Of a stretch of 64,000 nt of DNA, positions 38,979-51,878 are shown one piece after another. The stretch comes from Anthoceros angustus (taxonomy: Eukaryota; Plantae; Anthocerotophyta). A program made the position numbers and the translations under genes. The notes under the pieces are model-generated. The model was given only the letters and a program-made list of their open reading frames with translations, ran no database searches and was not told where the DNA came from. Location of the stretch: NCBI GenBank assembly GCA_010909165.1, contig MU008181.1, positions 1,006,788 to 1,070,787 of the forward strand, read 5' to 3'. The first letter of the stretch is position 1. Each line of letters opens with the position of its first letter.

Positions 38979-41921
38979 CACGGGTCCTTGAACTTCTCCA
39001 CTTGGGGGTCCGTCCTCGCCCATCGGACCCCCTCGGCTTGGGCCTTCCCGGACTTCCCCCTCTCCGTCCCCCTGAGGGGCCCTCGTCCCTTCCTTCCCTG
39101 GAGGGGTGCGGCAGGCTTACCTCATGCCTCGTAGTGTCCGCCATGTCCTGCTCCTCCTGATGCTCCTCCCCACTGCTGCCCTCGTCCCCGAACAGCGCTA
39201 CTAAGGTTCCGATGGCTGTACTATCCCCGGGGCCTTCATCTCCTCCCCCTCCCTCTGATCCATCCGGAGGTCCGTCGATTTGACGGGGTTGGCTCAGGAC
39301 CTCCAAGGCCTTGAGGAGCTCGGCATGGTAGTAGGCAAAGTCTGAATCGACTTGTTGAATTGCCTCCTCCACATGCGCCCGAGCACAGTACTCCCTTCTC
39401 GGAGTGCTCCAGCGGTTGGGCGTCTTGGCGGCTTCTTTGGCTCTCTCCCTTAAGGCCGCCAAGCCCAGGTTGGCGGAATCTCTTGAGGCCGCCAAGGATG
39501 CCTCCGTCACTTCTTGCGCCCTCTTGCTGCTTGTCTCTTTCCATCTCCAGCAGTTTACTGGCCAGCTTACGGCCATGGCGCAGCGTTCTCCTTCCACCTT
39601 CCGCAACTAGACCAGCAACTTCTGCTATGCTTTCAGAGCTCTCGCCCCACCATTCATCCTTGCTTGGAGCTCCGCCATCTCCCTTCCCAAGCGGTCCGGC
39701 AGCTCCGCCCGGTTCCTTGCTTCATCCAAATCTTTCTCCATCTCGGCGACGTCCTGCTCCTTGTTTCGCCGCCGAACCTCCTCCGCCCTCCAACAGAGCT
39801 GGAGCCGCTCTATCTCTCATTCGTGGTCCTCAATTCTTCCTTGGAGGTCCCCGTTCCGTTCCACCGTCACTTGGAGCTGCTGCTCCAAAGTCTCCTTGCG
39901 GTCTTCCATCTCCTGGCGCCGCTCCTCCGTCCTTTGCAGTTGTGCCCGGAGATCCTCTATCTCCCGGTTGCTAGCCTCCCTCTCCTGTGCACAGCTTGCC
40001 CGTGCTTGCTCCGCCGCCATCTGTGTGGCCTTCAGGTTGGCCGCAGCTGCTCCTGCCGTCTCCCTCCACCGGTTCCGATCTCGCCGGTAGTGGTCCTTGT
40101 CCGTTTTTGCCGCGGCTTCGGCCTCCCGCGCCCCCTTCACCTGAGCCTCCCAGGCTTGGTGTTGCTCCTGCCGAGCCGTCTCAGCCAGGTCCTTAGCCCG
40201 TTCTGCCTGCCTTTGGGCTTCCTCGGCCTCCTCTTGGGCCACTTCCCTCCGTCTGCAAAGGTCCTCCGCCTTTGCTTGGGCCTCCTAGCGCTTGGTGATT
40301 GTGAGGATCTGGTCCGATCTTGTTGAACCGACCTTGCCTCCGTCTCCGCCTCCCGGCGCTTCTCCTCCTCGATTCTCGCGAGGGTCTCCGCCTTCCTCTT
40401 GGCCGCTTGGGCTGCCTCCACCTGACCCTGGAGCAGCACCATCCGTCTCTTGGTGGCCTCCACTTCCTGGGTCTTCTTTGCCGTTCCGCAGAGACCCCAG
40501 AGCATGCCGTCCATGACGGTTGCCAGAACCCGCCGCGTCTCCTCCACGGCCACCGCTGGGGAGACACCCAGGAAGTCCGTCGTGGGCGCGGGCATCTCTC
40601 GGTCCATTAAGGACCGCCATACTACAGTCCGGAGGGAGACCGGACTAGGATCTCCGGACCCAATCAGGACCCTCAGGTCCTGAGTGTTTTGGTCCGGACC
40701 TTCCACCTCCTTGGCCCTCTTGGCCGCTAACTCCTTCTTTGGCCGCCTTCTCTTGGGGCTTGGAGGTGGTGAGGGGTCTGAGTGGCCCTCTTGCCTCCCG
40801 GGGACAGTGACGGCCTGGGTGGCCGCCAAGGCCTCGCCTTGGGCGGCATCTCTTCGCCCACGGCCTCCTCACTTCCGCCACTCGTGGCGGGGCAAGGACC
40901 GTGCGGTTCTGGGCGCCACGTTGGTGGGGATCGTCTTCCGTCTCTTGGCCACCCGCCTAGTCCGGCGGGGTTCGGGTCAGTCGTGGGCGCGGCATCTCTC
41001 TTCGCCCTTCTTGGCCTCCGCCTTCCTCTTGGCCTCCTCCTCGAGGGTGCTCCGTTGAAGGGACTAAAAGGAGGGAAGCGGGAATATCTTCCCATACTTC
41101 CCGGGGTGGCGAGGGGTTCCGTTCCAGACGTATGGAGTCCGGAATCCCCTCCCAGTCGTCCTCCTCCCGGACTCGCTTGGCCTTGGAAGGACGGGCCTCC
41201 TCCTCGGCTCTCCCTCGTGCTCTGCACAGACCTTCCGGAGCGCCCGCTCCTCCTCTCCCTCCTTCAGGAGGTTAAGGTGCCCCCACACATGGATGAGGAA
41301 CGGCGATAACGCCGATGGGGGCGGCTTCTCGCTCCGCAGCTTCATGGCCTCCTGGTTGATCCTGGCGAAGATAATCCTTCCCCAGTCGGCCTTCTTCCCT
41401 CTCTGTAGGGCGTGGAGGAATACCAGTAGGTTATCACCACGGTGGTCCACCTTGGTGAGCGTATTCCAGTGGACAATGCTCTTCGCCACTGTCCTCATCC
41501 TCCTGTCCAACAGGTCCGACATCAACCACCCGTTTGAGGACCGCTGCGTCCCCGGCCTCAAGAGCGCCGCTTCCACCTTCCCCCTCACCTTAAGGGGCTC
41601 CGGGACTACGCCCCCAATTTCTTCTTCTGGGCGATTGTAGACTGCCCTCAGGACCTCCACGGTCCACCTTCTAGGGTCCTCCCTCAGACTCTTGGAGCGG
41701 ACCTCCTTGTTGGCCACCGCCAACATTTTCCGGGCGTATTCTCGGACCAAAGCGACGCTGTCGAAGGTTCAGACAGCCTGGAAGATATCCAGGTGCCAGT
41801 CCTCCAGTAGCTCCTCCGCCTCCTCCAGCCAAGGACCGAAATTCGGATAGCGCTTGGTGACAATATTTCGTTCCACCAAGGGCCAGGGTTCCCACGTCTC
41901 CGCCGCCTTCTTTGGCCCCAT
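38970..41921 (-). pseudogene. LTR-retrotransposon accessory ORF: globular N-terminal domain, basic linker, long coiled coil; frameshifted
   Basis: Consecutive minus-strand ORF pieces: DPRRWTVEVLRAVYNRPEEE, NGW, KADWGRIIF, LSPFLIHVW, then E/A/R/Q-rich heptads. Lies just 5' of the PPT/LTR. Confidence 0.65.
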
Positions 41922-44047
41922 TGCTATGCGCAGCTTGGTCTGCTGTTGGGGCTTGAGGCTGAACAAATCTTCTTCCTCCTTTCCGCAAGGCTTGCGGGAG
42001 GTGAGTCACTTAATTGCGCTGGTCACCGAAAAGACAGAGTAGGGTGTCTTTGCACGAGGCTAAAAGCCGACGTCGCCGAGAGAATGGCCTTGGCTCGACC
42101 AGCTGGCGCGAGTAACGGCGCGGGAGGCGTCCTTCACGCCTCTGTAAGTCCCGCATTGCTTACTCGCATTGCTTTCATTGCCGCCGCGCATTACTCTGAC
42201 TTACTCGCGCATGTACTGAGCGTGGTTACCGCCTACACCCACACTGCAACCCTACGGTCCTGGCTCGCATGCTGTCGCCTCAAGACTGCCCACGTGGCGC
42301 CTGCTGCGAATACGCCCCTGCTCCAAAGTTACCTTTCTGGCGTTTATTGCACATTTGAGTGCAGCCCGGACTTACCGCGGTTGCGTGCCTCCGACGTGTG
42401 ATCCGTAGCCGTTCCGGAGTGTGGTCCGTAGCCGCTCCGGAGTGCGGTCCATAGCCGCTCGAGTGCGGTCCGGAGTCTCTCTGGAGTGCGGTCCTGAGTC
42501 TCTCTGTCTACTCCGGGGTGCAGTCTGGAGTTACTCCGGCCTTATTTCTCCCTTTTCGCCTTATTTTCCACTCCACACTTACGAAAAAAACAAAACCTAG
42601 CTTATTACCTACCCAAGGGGAGAGCCCACAGTCCACACCATCTGCCATAGAGGCATGGTCAAGATCTGCTGATGACCTGCTCAAGGCCTGTGCAAGGCCG
42701 TTTCCCCAATTCCTGCTTAAGGCGTGCTGAAGGTTTGCTGAAGACTTTTGAAGGTCTGCGAGAACGTGCAAGCGCCAATGTTCCCGCAGCCCTAAGAAAG
42801 AAAAACATGTGTATCGCACGCAAAATGATTCTTGACACATCTTCTAACGACATCGGTACATGAGAGGCAGGCCCCCTCGCTCCCCCCCCTAGCCAATGTC
42901 GTCAAGTTTGTGACCTAAGAAGTTTATACGGTGGGAAAACTTCTTATGTAACCTTCGATATAAACCCTTGGTATAACGGTGGTAAGATCGTATTCCATAA
43001 GGTGAAGGTCTAAATGGCATGACAAAATGAGCGGTTGGTGAGTAAATTACATAATGCGAAACTCCTTCGCACAGAATAGATAAGCTTTTGTAGGAAACGG
43101 TGCATTCACCTACCAAGCCTAATTAAATCCGTTGCCTAAACAACATCCTACTCTGTAACAAGATTGGAAGTTTGAAATTCTATATTAGGTAGGAAAAAAT
43201 GGATAAATTCCATGGTGCACACCGTACCATTAAGCAAAACCCTTAACCCCAGAATGACTGAAGGGTCGCGGCCTGCTCATGACGATACTTAGGATGAATG
43301 CGCTCCGAAATTTCTAGGTGCCGGATGGACGATCTGTTAATTCTGCTAAAACAGGGTGCCTTGGGCCTCCATGTGGGCTAGCCAATGACCCCTCGCGTGT
43401 TCCCATCCGCTTTGATCTGAAACCCATCGCGCCTACTTTTGCGGTGATAGCACGCTGGGTTTGTGGTGTTGGCGCCATTAGACACTGAACTCTGGACATG
43501 CAAAGGTACGCACTCCAAAGTTCTGCCTCTTGCGTCCTAACCACAACACAATCGCTCAAGATTGTACATCATTGACACAAAGGAACACAATCTTCCTTCA
43601 CAACCCAGTACACCAAGCACCGAAGCATTGAACCAAAAAGTAACTCGTGGCCCTCTAATGAGATAGGCAAAGCCCAAGTGCTATGTGCACACCCAAGGGT
43701 ACGCGTCCTCACACCATGGCTTTAGGGTTTATCATGCACACAGCCCAATGCGGTGGCCGGGATGGCGGAGCCGGTGTGGAGCGGAGAAGTTGGTGCCTAT
43801 GTTGCCGGGCTGGAGGAGCGCGGTTGTGGAGAGGGGGGAGATCGCGGACGCACTCTCTCCTTCCCGGCTCATATGAAAACGGCGAACTGACCTTGGGTCA
43901 ACTATGGAGGCAGCCACTCTCTGACGTTCAAAACACGATTCAAGGAGGCAAACATGGTCCAATTTAGAAGGCTATGGATCTATTTGCTGCGAGCGGATCG
44001 ACGGGAAGAAATTGCAATGTTCCGGGAATTCTTTACCGTGCTGAATT

Positions 44048-47000
44048 TGAGCTAGAAGCCCAAATGTAAGGTGAGAATCTTAATTCGAGACTCCTGGACA
44101 TGCTGGGGTTAAGGACATACTATAGCAAGGTGGATGGTGCGGTAATACGATATACCAAGTTAAATAATATCATAATATAAAAAGTTTCAATCTTAATATA
44201 AGTTGTGATATATGAAGTTTATAAAAGAGAAATGAGTACGTGTGTATGGAATATCGATCTGGTCACGCGGCATCACGAGAAGAAATAGTCCACTTGCACG
44301 AGAACTATTTCGGCATGTCATCATGAACATCGGTTGGGCTGGCCCCGGTGTCCCGATGTGGTCAACTGTCCCATGGTACACAAAATGATTTTCGACACCA
44401 CGAAACTTTTCTTCTTTTGGGGTTAGGGTTGCGTTGAGGTCATTTCGTTGTCGGCGTCATTCGCATAATATACCATATCATGGCACATCCACAATTTGCT
44501 AGGGTTGTCAGCCGTTGCGTTAGCGCTTCGCTTACCGTATGCAATTGCGTTTGCATTGCAATCATCGTCTGTATTTGCGGCACGGTCGTTTGCCCTTCGT
44601 CAAGGCGGTGTTGTTGGCAGGGCTACCGCGTTTACCTGGGCGCTTCACTAGTGCTCGCCTAGCACCAACCAGGAAACAAACATGTGAAGGACCAACAAAG
44701 AAGGGCTTTCATGAAAGCAGTGCTTTGACACTCTGCTTGCCCAAAAGCGTCGATGCACAAGCGTACAATTCAAAGGGCCTCTTGGACTACATGGCCTCGT
44801 CATGCCATCGGATGCTGTTGCCGAATCATCTCCCGCCAGTGAGCATGCATATTCTACGATGATCGCCAAAGCGGATCACAGGCGAGGCGGCCAGGCGAGA
44901 TGGCGAGATCGAGGCCTTGAGCAAATGGGAACCAACCGGGCCCATACTTGCGAACTAAAATTTGTGTATGTATGTCTTGCCCGCATACTTGCGAACTAAA
45001 ATTTGTGTATGTATGTCTTGCCACATAATTAACATGACTGTGTGTTGATGGGACCGAAACCCTAAAGAATACATCTGCATGACACAATCGGAACACCAGG
45101 CCTATGAACGCCTGATACAAAGGTTTTTGCCCGCGTACGAACGGCACACAAGCTCATGTGGTATGTATTATACATGTATTATACGTAAGTATCTAAAAGA
45201 TGCCGTGGCATATTCCCGTAGCGTACACCGAAAAAAAAAAGAAAGTCACACACGCGCTCCCGTGTGACCAGATCGGTATTCCATACGTGTGAGGGTCGAG
45301 AGCCGAGGCATAATTTGGGCTGGCGATAAATTAGGGAAAGTGCCATCAGTTTAATGTCGGAAGTCGTGGTCAAGTTTCCTTATGTGGGACGATTCAACGC
45401 GGGTGAAGGAACGTTGAAGCAACGAGACCGCCATTGGCTAAGTTTGAATGGGCTCGGTTTTGAACTGGAGCTTCCCTCCCTGTTTCCCCTCCAGACAGCC
45501 TGTACCTCCAACATTTGCAAGGCCTCACGGGCTGCTTGCATTTGTCCGTGTGCTCACGCATCTGCATCTGCATAGTGAGGAGGATTTGTATCTGTCTGGT
45601 CAGTGGTGCTTGAGCTAGAAGCCCAAATGTAAGGTGAGAATCTTAATTCGAGACTCTGGACATCAAGTTAAGGACATACTATAAGGTGGATGGTGCGGTG
45701 TCGATATACCAAGTTAAATAATATCATAATATAAAAAGTTTCAATCTTAATATAAGTTGTGATATATGAAGTTTATAAAAGAGAAATGAATGCGTGTATG
45801 GAATATCGATGCGGTCACGCGGCATCACGAGAAGAAATAGTCCACTTGCACGGAACTATTTCGGCATGTCATGACACATCGGTTGTGGCCCCGGTGTCCC
45901 GATGTGGTCAACCTATCCCATGGTACACAAAATGATTTTGCGACACACAGAAACTTTTCTTCTTTTGGGGTTAGGGTTGCGTTGAGGTCATTTGCGTTGT
46001 CGTCATTGGCCGCATTATGTCCGCGACCGCGGCATCCACAATTTGCTAGGGTTGTCAGCGGTTGCGTTAGCGCTGCGCTTACCGTATGCAATTGCGTTTG
46101 CATTGCAATCATCGTCGTATTTGCTGCACGTGAGTCGTTTGCTCACGCAAGGCGCAGTGTTGGCAGGCGCATCTGGTACCAACGCTTTCCTGGGCTGCGC
46201 CTCACGTGCGTTCACATAGCACCAACTAAACATACCGTAAGGACCAACAAAGAAGGGCTTTCATGAAAGCAGCACACATACAATGCTTGCATACTTGCAA
46301 AAGCGCAAAGGCACAAGCGTACAATTCAAAGGGCCTACTGGACTACATGGCCTGTCCATGCCATCAGATGCCGCTGCCGAATCTGTCTCCATAGTGAGCA
46401 TGCATATTCTACCGATGATCGCGCCAAACAGATGCGAGAGCGAGAGCGAGGCGGAAGCGAGATGGCGAGATCGAGGCCTTGAGCAAATGGGAACCGTGCA
46501 CACGGGCCATACTTGCGAACTAAAATTTGTGTATGTATGTCTTGCCCGCATACTTGCGAACTAAAATTTGTGTATGTATGTCTTGCCCGCATAATTAACA
46601 TGACTGTGTGTTGATGGGACCGAAACCCTAAAGAATACATCTGCATGACACAATCGGAACACCAGGCCTATGAACGCCTGATACAAAGGTTTTTGCCCGC
46701 GTACGAACGGCACACAAGCTCATGTGGTATGTATTATACATGTATTATACGTAAGTATCTAAAAGATGCCGTGGCATATTCCCGTAGCGTACACCGAAAA
46801 AAAAAAGAAAGTCACACACGCGCTCCCGTGTGACCAGATCGGTATTCCATACGTGAGGGTCGAGCCGAGGCATAAATAAGGCGATAAATTAGGAAAGTGC
46901 CATCAGTTTAATGTCGGAAGTCGTGGTCAAGTTTCCTTATGTGGGACGATTCAACGCGGGTGAAGGAACGTTGAAGCAACGAGACCGCCATTGGCTAAGT

Positions 47001-47170
47001 TTGAATGGGCTCGGTTTTGAACTGGAGCTTCCCTCCCTGTTTCCCCTCCAGACAGCTCGTACCCCTCCAACATTTGCAAGGCCTCACGGGCTGCTTGCAT
47101 TTGTCCGTGTGCTCACGCATCTGCATCTGCATAGTGAGGAGGATTTGTATCTGTCTGGTCAGTGGTGCTT
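44048..47170. repeat. Tandem duplication, ~1.56 kb x2 (44048-45610 / 45611-47170), immediately upstream of PS1
   Basis: Both copies start tgagctagaagcccaaatg and end cagtggtgct. Differences are mostly small indels. Each copy has an internal 41-bp doublet. Confidence 0.9.
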
Positions 47171-47242
47171 GCGAGCTGAACGCAGCGAGTGGGTCAAGAC
47201 TTGTAGGGACGGGCTCGTAGTGTAGGGCTGTTGTGGTGGAAG

Positions 47243-49751
47243 ATGCTGGGAGGGTACTTTGGGAACCAGCCTATCCTTACCGTGATCAAGGATGGGTTTG
47301 TGATCGACACCATCTGCCTGGATGGCCGGGACACGCTGCTCGTGGGGCGGAGCAGTGACTGTGATATTGTGGTCGGGCACTGCAGCACCAGCAGGCAGCA
47401 TTTGGAGATTCAAGTCATTCGAGCAACGCAGGAGCTTGTGCTCACGGACCTGGCATCAGGTGATTCTTGTTTAGGGAAAGCCCAGGCTTTTTTGGTGAGG
47501 CACAGGTCGAGGTGTAGGTGGTGCTGTAATGCTTGTGCTGGCTCTGAATTTGCTGTCTGTACAGGACATGGCACCTGCATCAATGGGAAGAAAATCCAGC
47601 CACTGGTGCCGGCTGTTGCCAAGGAGAATGATGTCATTCAGCTCGCTGCCTCCACCAGAGCGTACAAGGTGCAGTGGGTGCCTCCTCTTTCGCTGGATGA
47701 AGTCTGCGAGCCTTCTTCTTCATTGGAGACACAGCCTCCGTCTGGATCGAAGTCCTTCCCCGTAAGGAAAGGGCAGGTAATTCATCCTTGCATTCATGTG
47801 CTGCACCGTCCTTCTCTTTGTCCGAGGAAAAGAAGCGTGAGATGGGACTTGCTTGGATCCGCAGGAGAGGAGCAAGAACACCGTGCCGAGATCTAGGTGG
47901 GACACAGAGGAGAACGGGGTTTCCGAGTCCCCCAGCAGGACTCCACAGAGAGGTCTGCAGAGGGGTCGGTCGCTGCAGAAGCGGTCGGCGAACGAGGAGA
48001 ATGAGCTTCCTTTCTCTCCTCAGAGGACGCCTCAGAAGGAGAATTCGGAGCTGCCTCCTCGCGCTCCTCCTCGCCGTCTGGCCTTCAGCTCTCTGCAGGC
48101 ATCAGCCATAAATGCGCGCTCTCCCTCTGTCCGGAAAGCGTCTGTAGAGAAGGGCAGCATTTTGAAGCAACAGACGCCACCCAGGGCTGCGGGCAAGGAG
48201 CAGGCGGGAACCCTTAAGAAGGCACAGACCAGTTTGTGGCTGCGTCGATGCAATTCGGCGCCGCTGCCTGCGCTGCAAACGTCTGCTCCTCAGCAGAATG
48301 GGCTGGATGCTGCTGCTCCTGATGTGCAGGGAGTGGAGGTAGAATTTGATGACGCAGATGCAGCACTGCTGCGCATTTGTCAGGAGCAGATACAGTCGGA
48401 GGGTATCAGTATCCTCCCTAGCCAGGTTCTGGAGGAGGCTGAGGAAGAGTATGACTCGGACAAGGAAAATCATTTGCCACAGTCGTATATCGGGGGAGGA
48501 TACCAGCACCAGCAAGGAGAGGGTGGTATTCACGATGCTTTCTCATCCAGGAGAGATGAGGGCGCCGAAAGGAAGCCGTTTCAGCCGCTTCCTGTTGCCC
48601 CCGACCAAGACTTTGAGTTCCAGAGCTCTTCGCCTTCAGAAGTGAACACGTCCAGTACTCTGGGGCTACCCAGGCTCAGGTTGCCAAGACCCGCTGCTGT
48701 AAGTTCCCCCCCTTGTCTGCTGCGTATTTGTGCCGGAATGTCTTTCACCCTGGTAGATGTTCGTAGCAGCGCTGTAGGTCTGATGGTTATGTTGTGACCA
48801 TCGCTGCAGGCTAAAAACCTGGACCAGATGTTCCGGCGGATGACACTTTCTGATGCAGACAAAAGGCAATGGCACATGGTGATCGACACCAGTTGCTTGT
48901 TAAGCACGGAGTCCCTGAAGGTATTTAAGCAGCTTGAAGGGAACAAGGACACTCGGATCATTATCCCAAGAATAGGTCCACTCTCGCCTCGTCTTTCCGG
49001 ATCGCATGCCAGTGAGGATCTCTGTCGTCATGCCGCAGTATCTCACCCATTGGTGGATCTTGGATTGCAGTGATACGTGAGCTGGACTCCCTGAAAAACC
49101 GGCACAACCTAAGCCATGTAGCCCGTACAGCTCTCAACTGGATAAACTCCTGCATGACGACGCTACCAACTTGGATTCATGTCCAGAACTCTTCAGAGAC
49201 AGGGCCTGTGACTGTTACCCCACCAGCAGACCCTGTGATGCTTGGTAGAGTGCACCATGACATCATGTCGCCCACCAATGACGACCATATTCTAGAGTGT
49301 GCGCTGCTGTTCGACAAGAAGATCAGGGCTGGGCGGGTGGCTCTATTGACTCGAGACACTGCTCTGAAAATCAAAGCCATGGCCGAGGTACGTCTTTCAC
49401 CCAGATCATGCTCTGTCCTCTTGGTTCAACAGAAGGCATCTTGCTTGGGGCGTTCTGCTTCTTGTGGTGGCACTGATAAGCTTCACGGCCATGTTGTGGC
49501 AGGGTCTGGTTGCTGATAATGAGGCAGACTTCATTGAAAGTCTGCTGAGCCCCTACTCGGAAAGGTTTTTGTGGGCAGGTAGCAAAGCCCACGGGAAAAC
49601 TTGGACCGAGGGGCCGAATAGCCCTAGGCCTAGCCCCACCATCTCTCCCCTCTCCAGGCTCAAGAACTCTAAGAAACTTCCATCGCCTATTTCAGGGTTA
49701 CGGCACCACTACAACGAGCAGCCCAAAGGGCTGCGTCTGGTGTTGGCGTAG
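47243..49751 (+). CDS. PS1: FHA- and PIN-domain protein PARALLEL SPINDLE 1-like, spliced
   Basis: FHA motifs (LLVGRSSDCDI..HCSTSRQH, GTCING), SLWLRR, SDKEN, and PIN motifs (WHMVIDTSCLL, IRELDSLK, PTNDDHILECA, LLTRDTALKIKAMAEG, PYSERFLW). Confidence 0.9.
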
Positions 49752-50369
49752 TCTGGGAAAGGTGAAGGGTATCTGCCTACTTGGTTATACCATTCTCCAC
49801 CTTCTGGTCCGTGCTGATTTCCAGACTCTGACATATGGGCCCAGTCGGTGCGGTAGCCTGGAACGGGGAGAACAGACTTGTGGCCAATTTTGTCAGTTGT
49901 ACAGAGGCCACCAGTTCCTGAATTTGAGTCAGCAAGGACCCATAGCCTCACATTACCAGTACCTTACCCCCCTGGCGGAATACGTAGTAGATAAGTGGCC
50001 CGGGACGAGCCCTTCTCTACGGATTCGGGCCAGGGAACGTGAACTCGATGCGACCTTTGGCAGGGTTCTGACTCGTTTCGCAGTGAAGGGTTGTCTTCTT
50101 GCCAAGCAAGACCACACGAAGGCGTCGTCAGAGCGCTTGCTGCGCGACGAAAAAGAGTCCTGTACATTCAACCTCTCGTTGCAACTGCAAGTCGTGAAAC
50201 ACAAACCAGTTTCCGCGTAAAGGAAGATCACAAAAGTTCTCAGTTTCTGCTGGATGCAAGAAAACGCAGCAGCTTCAAGACGGCACCTGCTAAGGGCAAG
50301 AATTCTGTTTGATCTCAATTCCTTCCTGGCATTTCGCACCTGAATCGAGGCGGAATTTCGCAAACCACG

Positions 50370-50987
50370 ATGTCGTCCTTCTGGCCTGTCCCTCTTCCGC
50401 CCCCGACGCCTCCGCCCCCAGAAAAATCGCGCAAGCATGACAGGAGAAAGTCGCCGGCATACCAGCTTACAATAGAGCCTCCATGGATGAGGGACGAGAT
50501 GCCAGACCCCGACGTGTTGGAGTGCGAAATTCACACCCCCAAACCGGACTTGTTTGCTCTTCAAGGAGTGAGGCCGCTGGTATATGCAGAGGAACCAGCC
50601 ACCAAGGCTGCTGTCATAGAAGCCAAGGAGGAAACAGGCAAAAGCATCTTGAAGGAGGAACCGAGAGTAGACAGACTCCTTGAGATGGTTGTGGACAACA
50701 AGCTGCTCAAGCTGGAAGGCTCGTCCGTCCCAGTTGTCGAGGCCAGGGCTCGGGTCGCAAAGGCACAGAAAGATGTCTGGTTCATCAAGGAGCAAATAAT
50801 CGAAGCCAAAGAAGAACTAAAGAACGAGCGAGAACAGTACAACCTGCTCCTGGAGGACCTCAAAACTGCCTGGATAGCTATTGACAAAATCCATAACGCC
50901 ATCAACACTATATTCCCGAGGCAAATCACAACAGCCACGCAAACGAAGGATGAGGGAGTGAACAAGCACTTTCCGTACCTAGAATGA
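50370..50987 (+). CDS. Hypothetical protein, Pro-rich N-terminus and C-terminal coiled coil
   Basis: Clean 205-aa ATG-initiated ORF with protein-like composition. No family recognised. Confidence 0.55.
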   Translation: MSSFWPVPLPPPTPPPPEKSRKHDRRKSPAYQLTIEPPWMRDEMPDPDVLECEIHTPKPDLFALQGVRPLVYAEEPATKAAVIEAKEETGKSILKEEPRVDRLLEMVVDNKLLKLEGSSVPVVEARARVAKAQKDVWFIKEQIIEAKEELKNEREQYNLLLEDLKTAWIAIDKIHNAINTIFPRQITTATQTKDEGVNKHFPYLE

Positions 50988-51878
50988 GCAGCCTAGGAAT
51001 TCTGTAGAAATCACTAGACAGCAATTGAATGAAGTCAGAGCTTGAATTGGACATCACGTCCTCGTACTACACAGGGCTGTTACTCCAGAAAAGATTTTCA
51101 ATATGAAACAAAGCAGATGATACATTCATATAGAGACCAGATGTACAACCTTTTCGGTGACAAGTTGCAAGGCACACTCAATTCAAGCACAACGCAAGTA
51201 GAGGAATAGAGCCGCCACAACAGGCCCTTTGGGAAAATACATCTAGAATCTGGAGACCTGCATTCAAATGAATGCAGATGATCAATGCCACACAATAATT
51301 CTACATGCTGTTGGCACCGATTGTAAACAAGTGGGCAGCTGAATCCTAAGCCTACAGTCCAAGGCTTCATACGACAACAATACAAAGAGGCTTCCCCTGT
51401 CAAAGCACACCGGACCCAAGACAGCTCTGACCTCCAGTCATATGCTCCGTGAGGGCTTTTGGTAGATGAACAGATCCAGTCAACAACATAACAATATACT
51501 CAGCCACGACTCCAGGGGCATACTAACTCTTAAGCAAGGTTGAAAAATCCCCATGTCATGATTCCTGTTCATGTGAGAAACTTTCATACTTCACAGCGGT
51601 CTTGGGTCATCCACAGAACAGACATTTATACTTCAGAGCTGTCTTCGGGTCATCCACATACCAGAACCCCTTTGAAGACATCCAAAACCAAACAAAGCAT
51701 AGCTTATCCTGCTGTGTTGTAAATAAGCTCCATAGCTGCTCCTCATTATATACAACGAAAGCAGCATCCATACTAAGTCGTGGTAAACTCCTGTACAGAT
51801 CCTGCATGCGATCCTCTCCTTATGATACATATATCCTCGACCGGTGGCCCCAACCCCAACAGAACGCCATCGCCGGAT

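Noticed and set aside
38616-39160. Repetitive-peptide ORFs (GPDSRVEF etc.)
   Set aside because: Translations of a 30-bp tandem repeat that is open in several frames.
43130-44047. Possible gene fragment
   Set aside because: Short ORFs with no motif I can recognise; cannot support a call.
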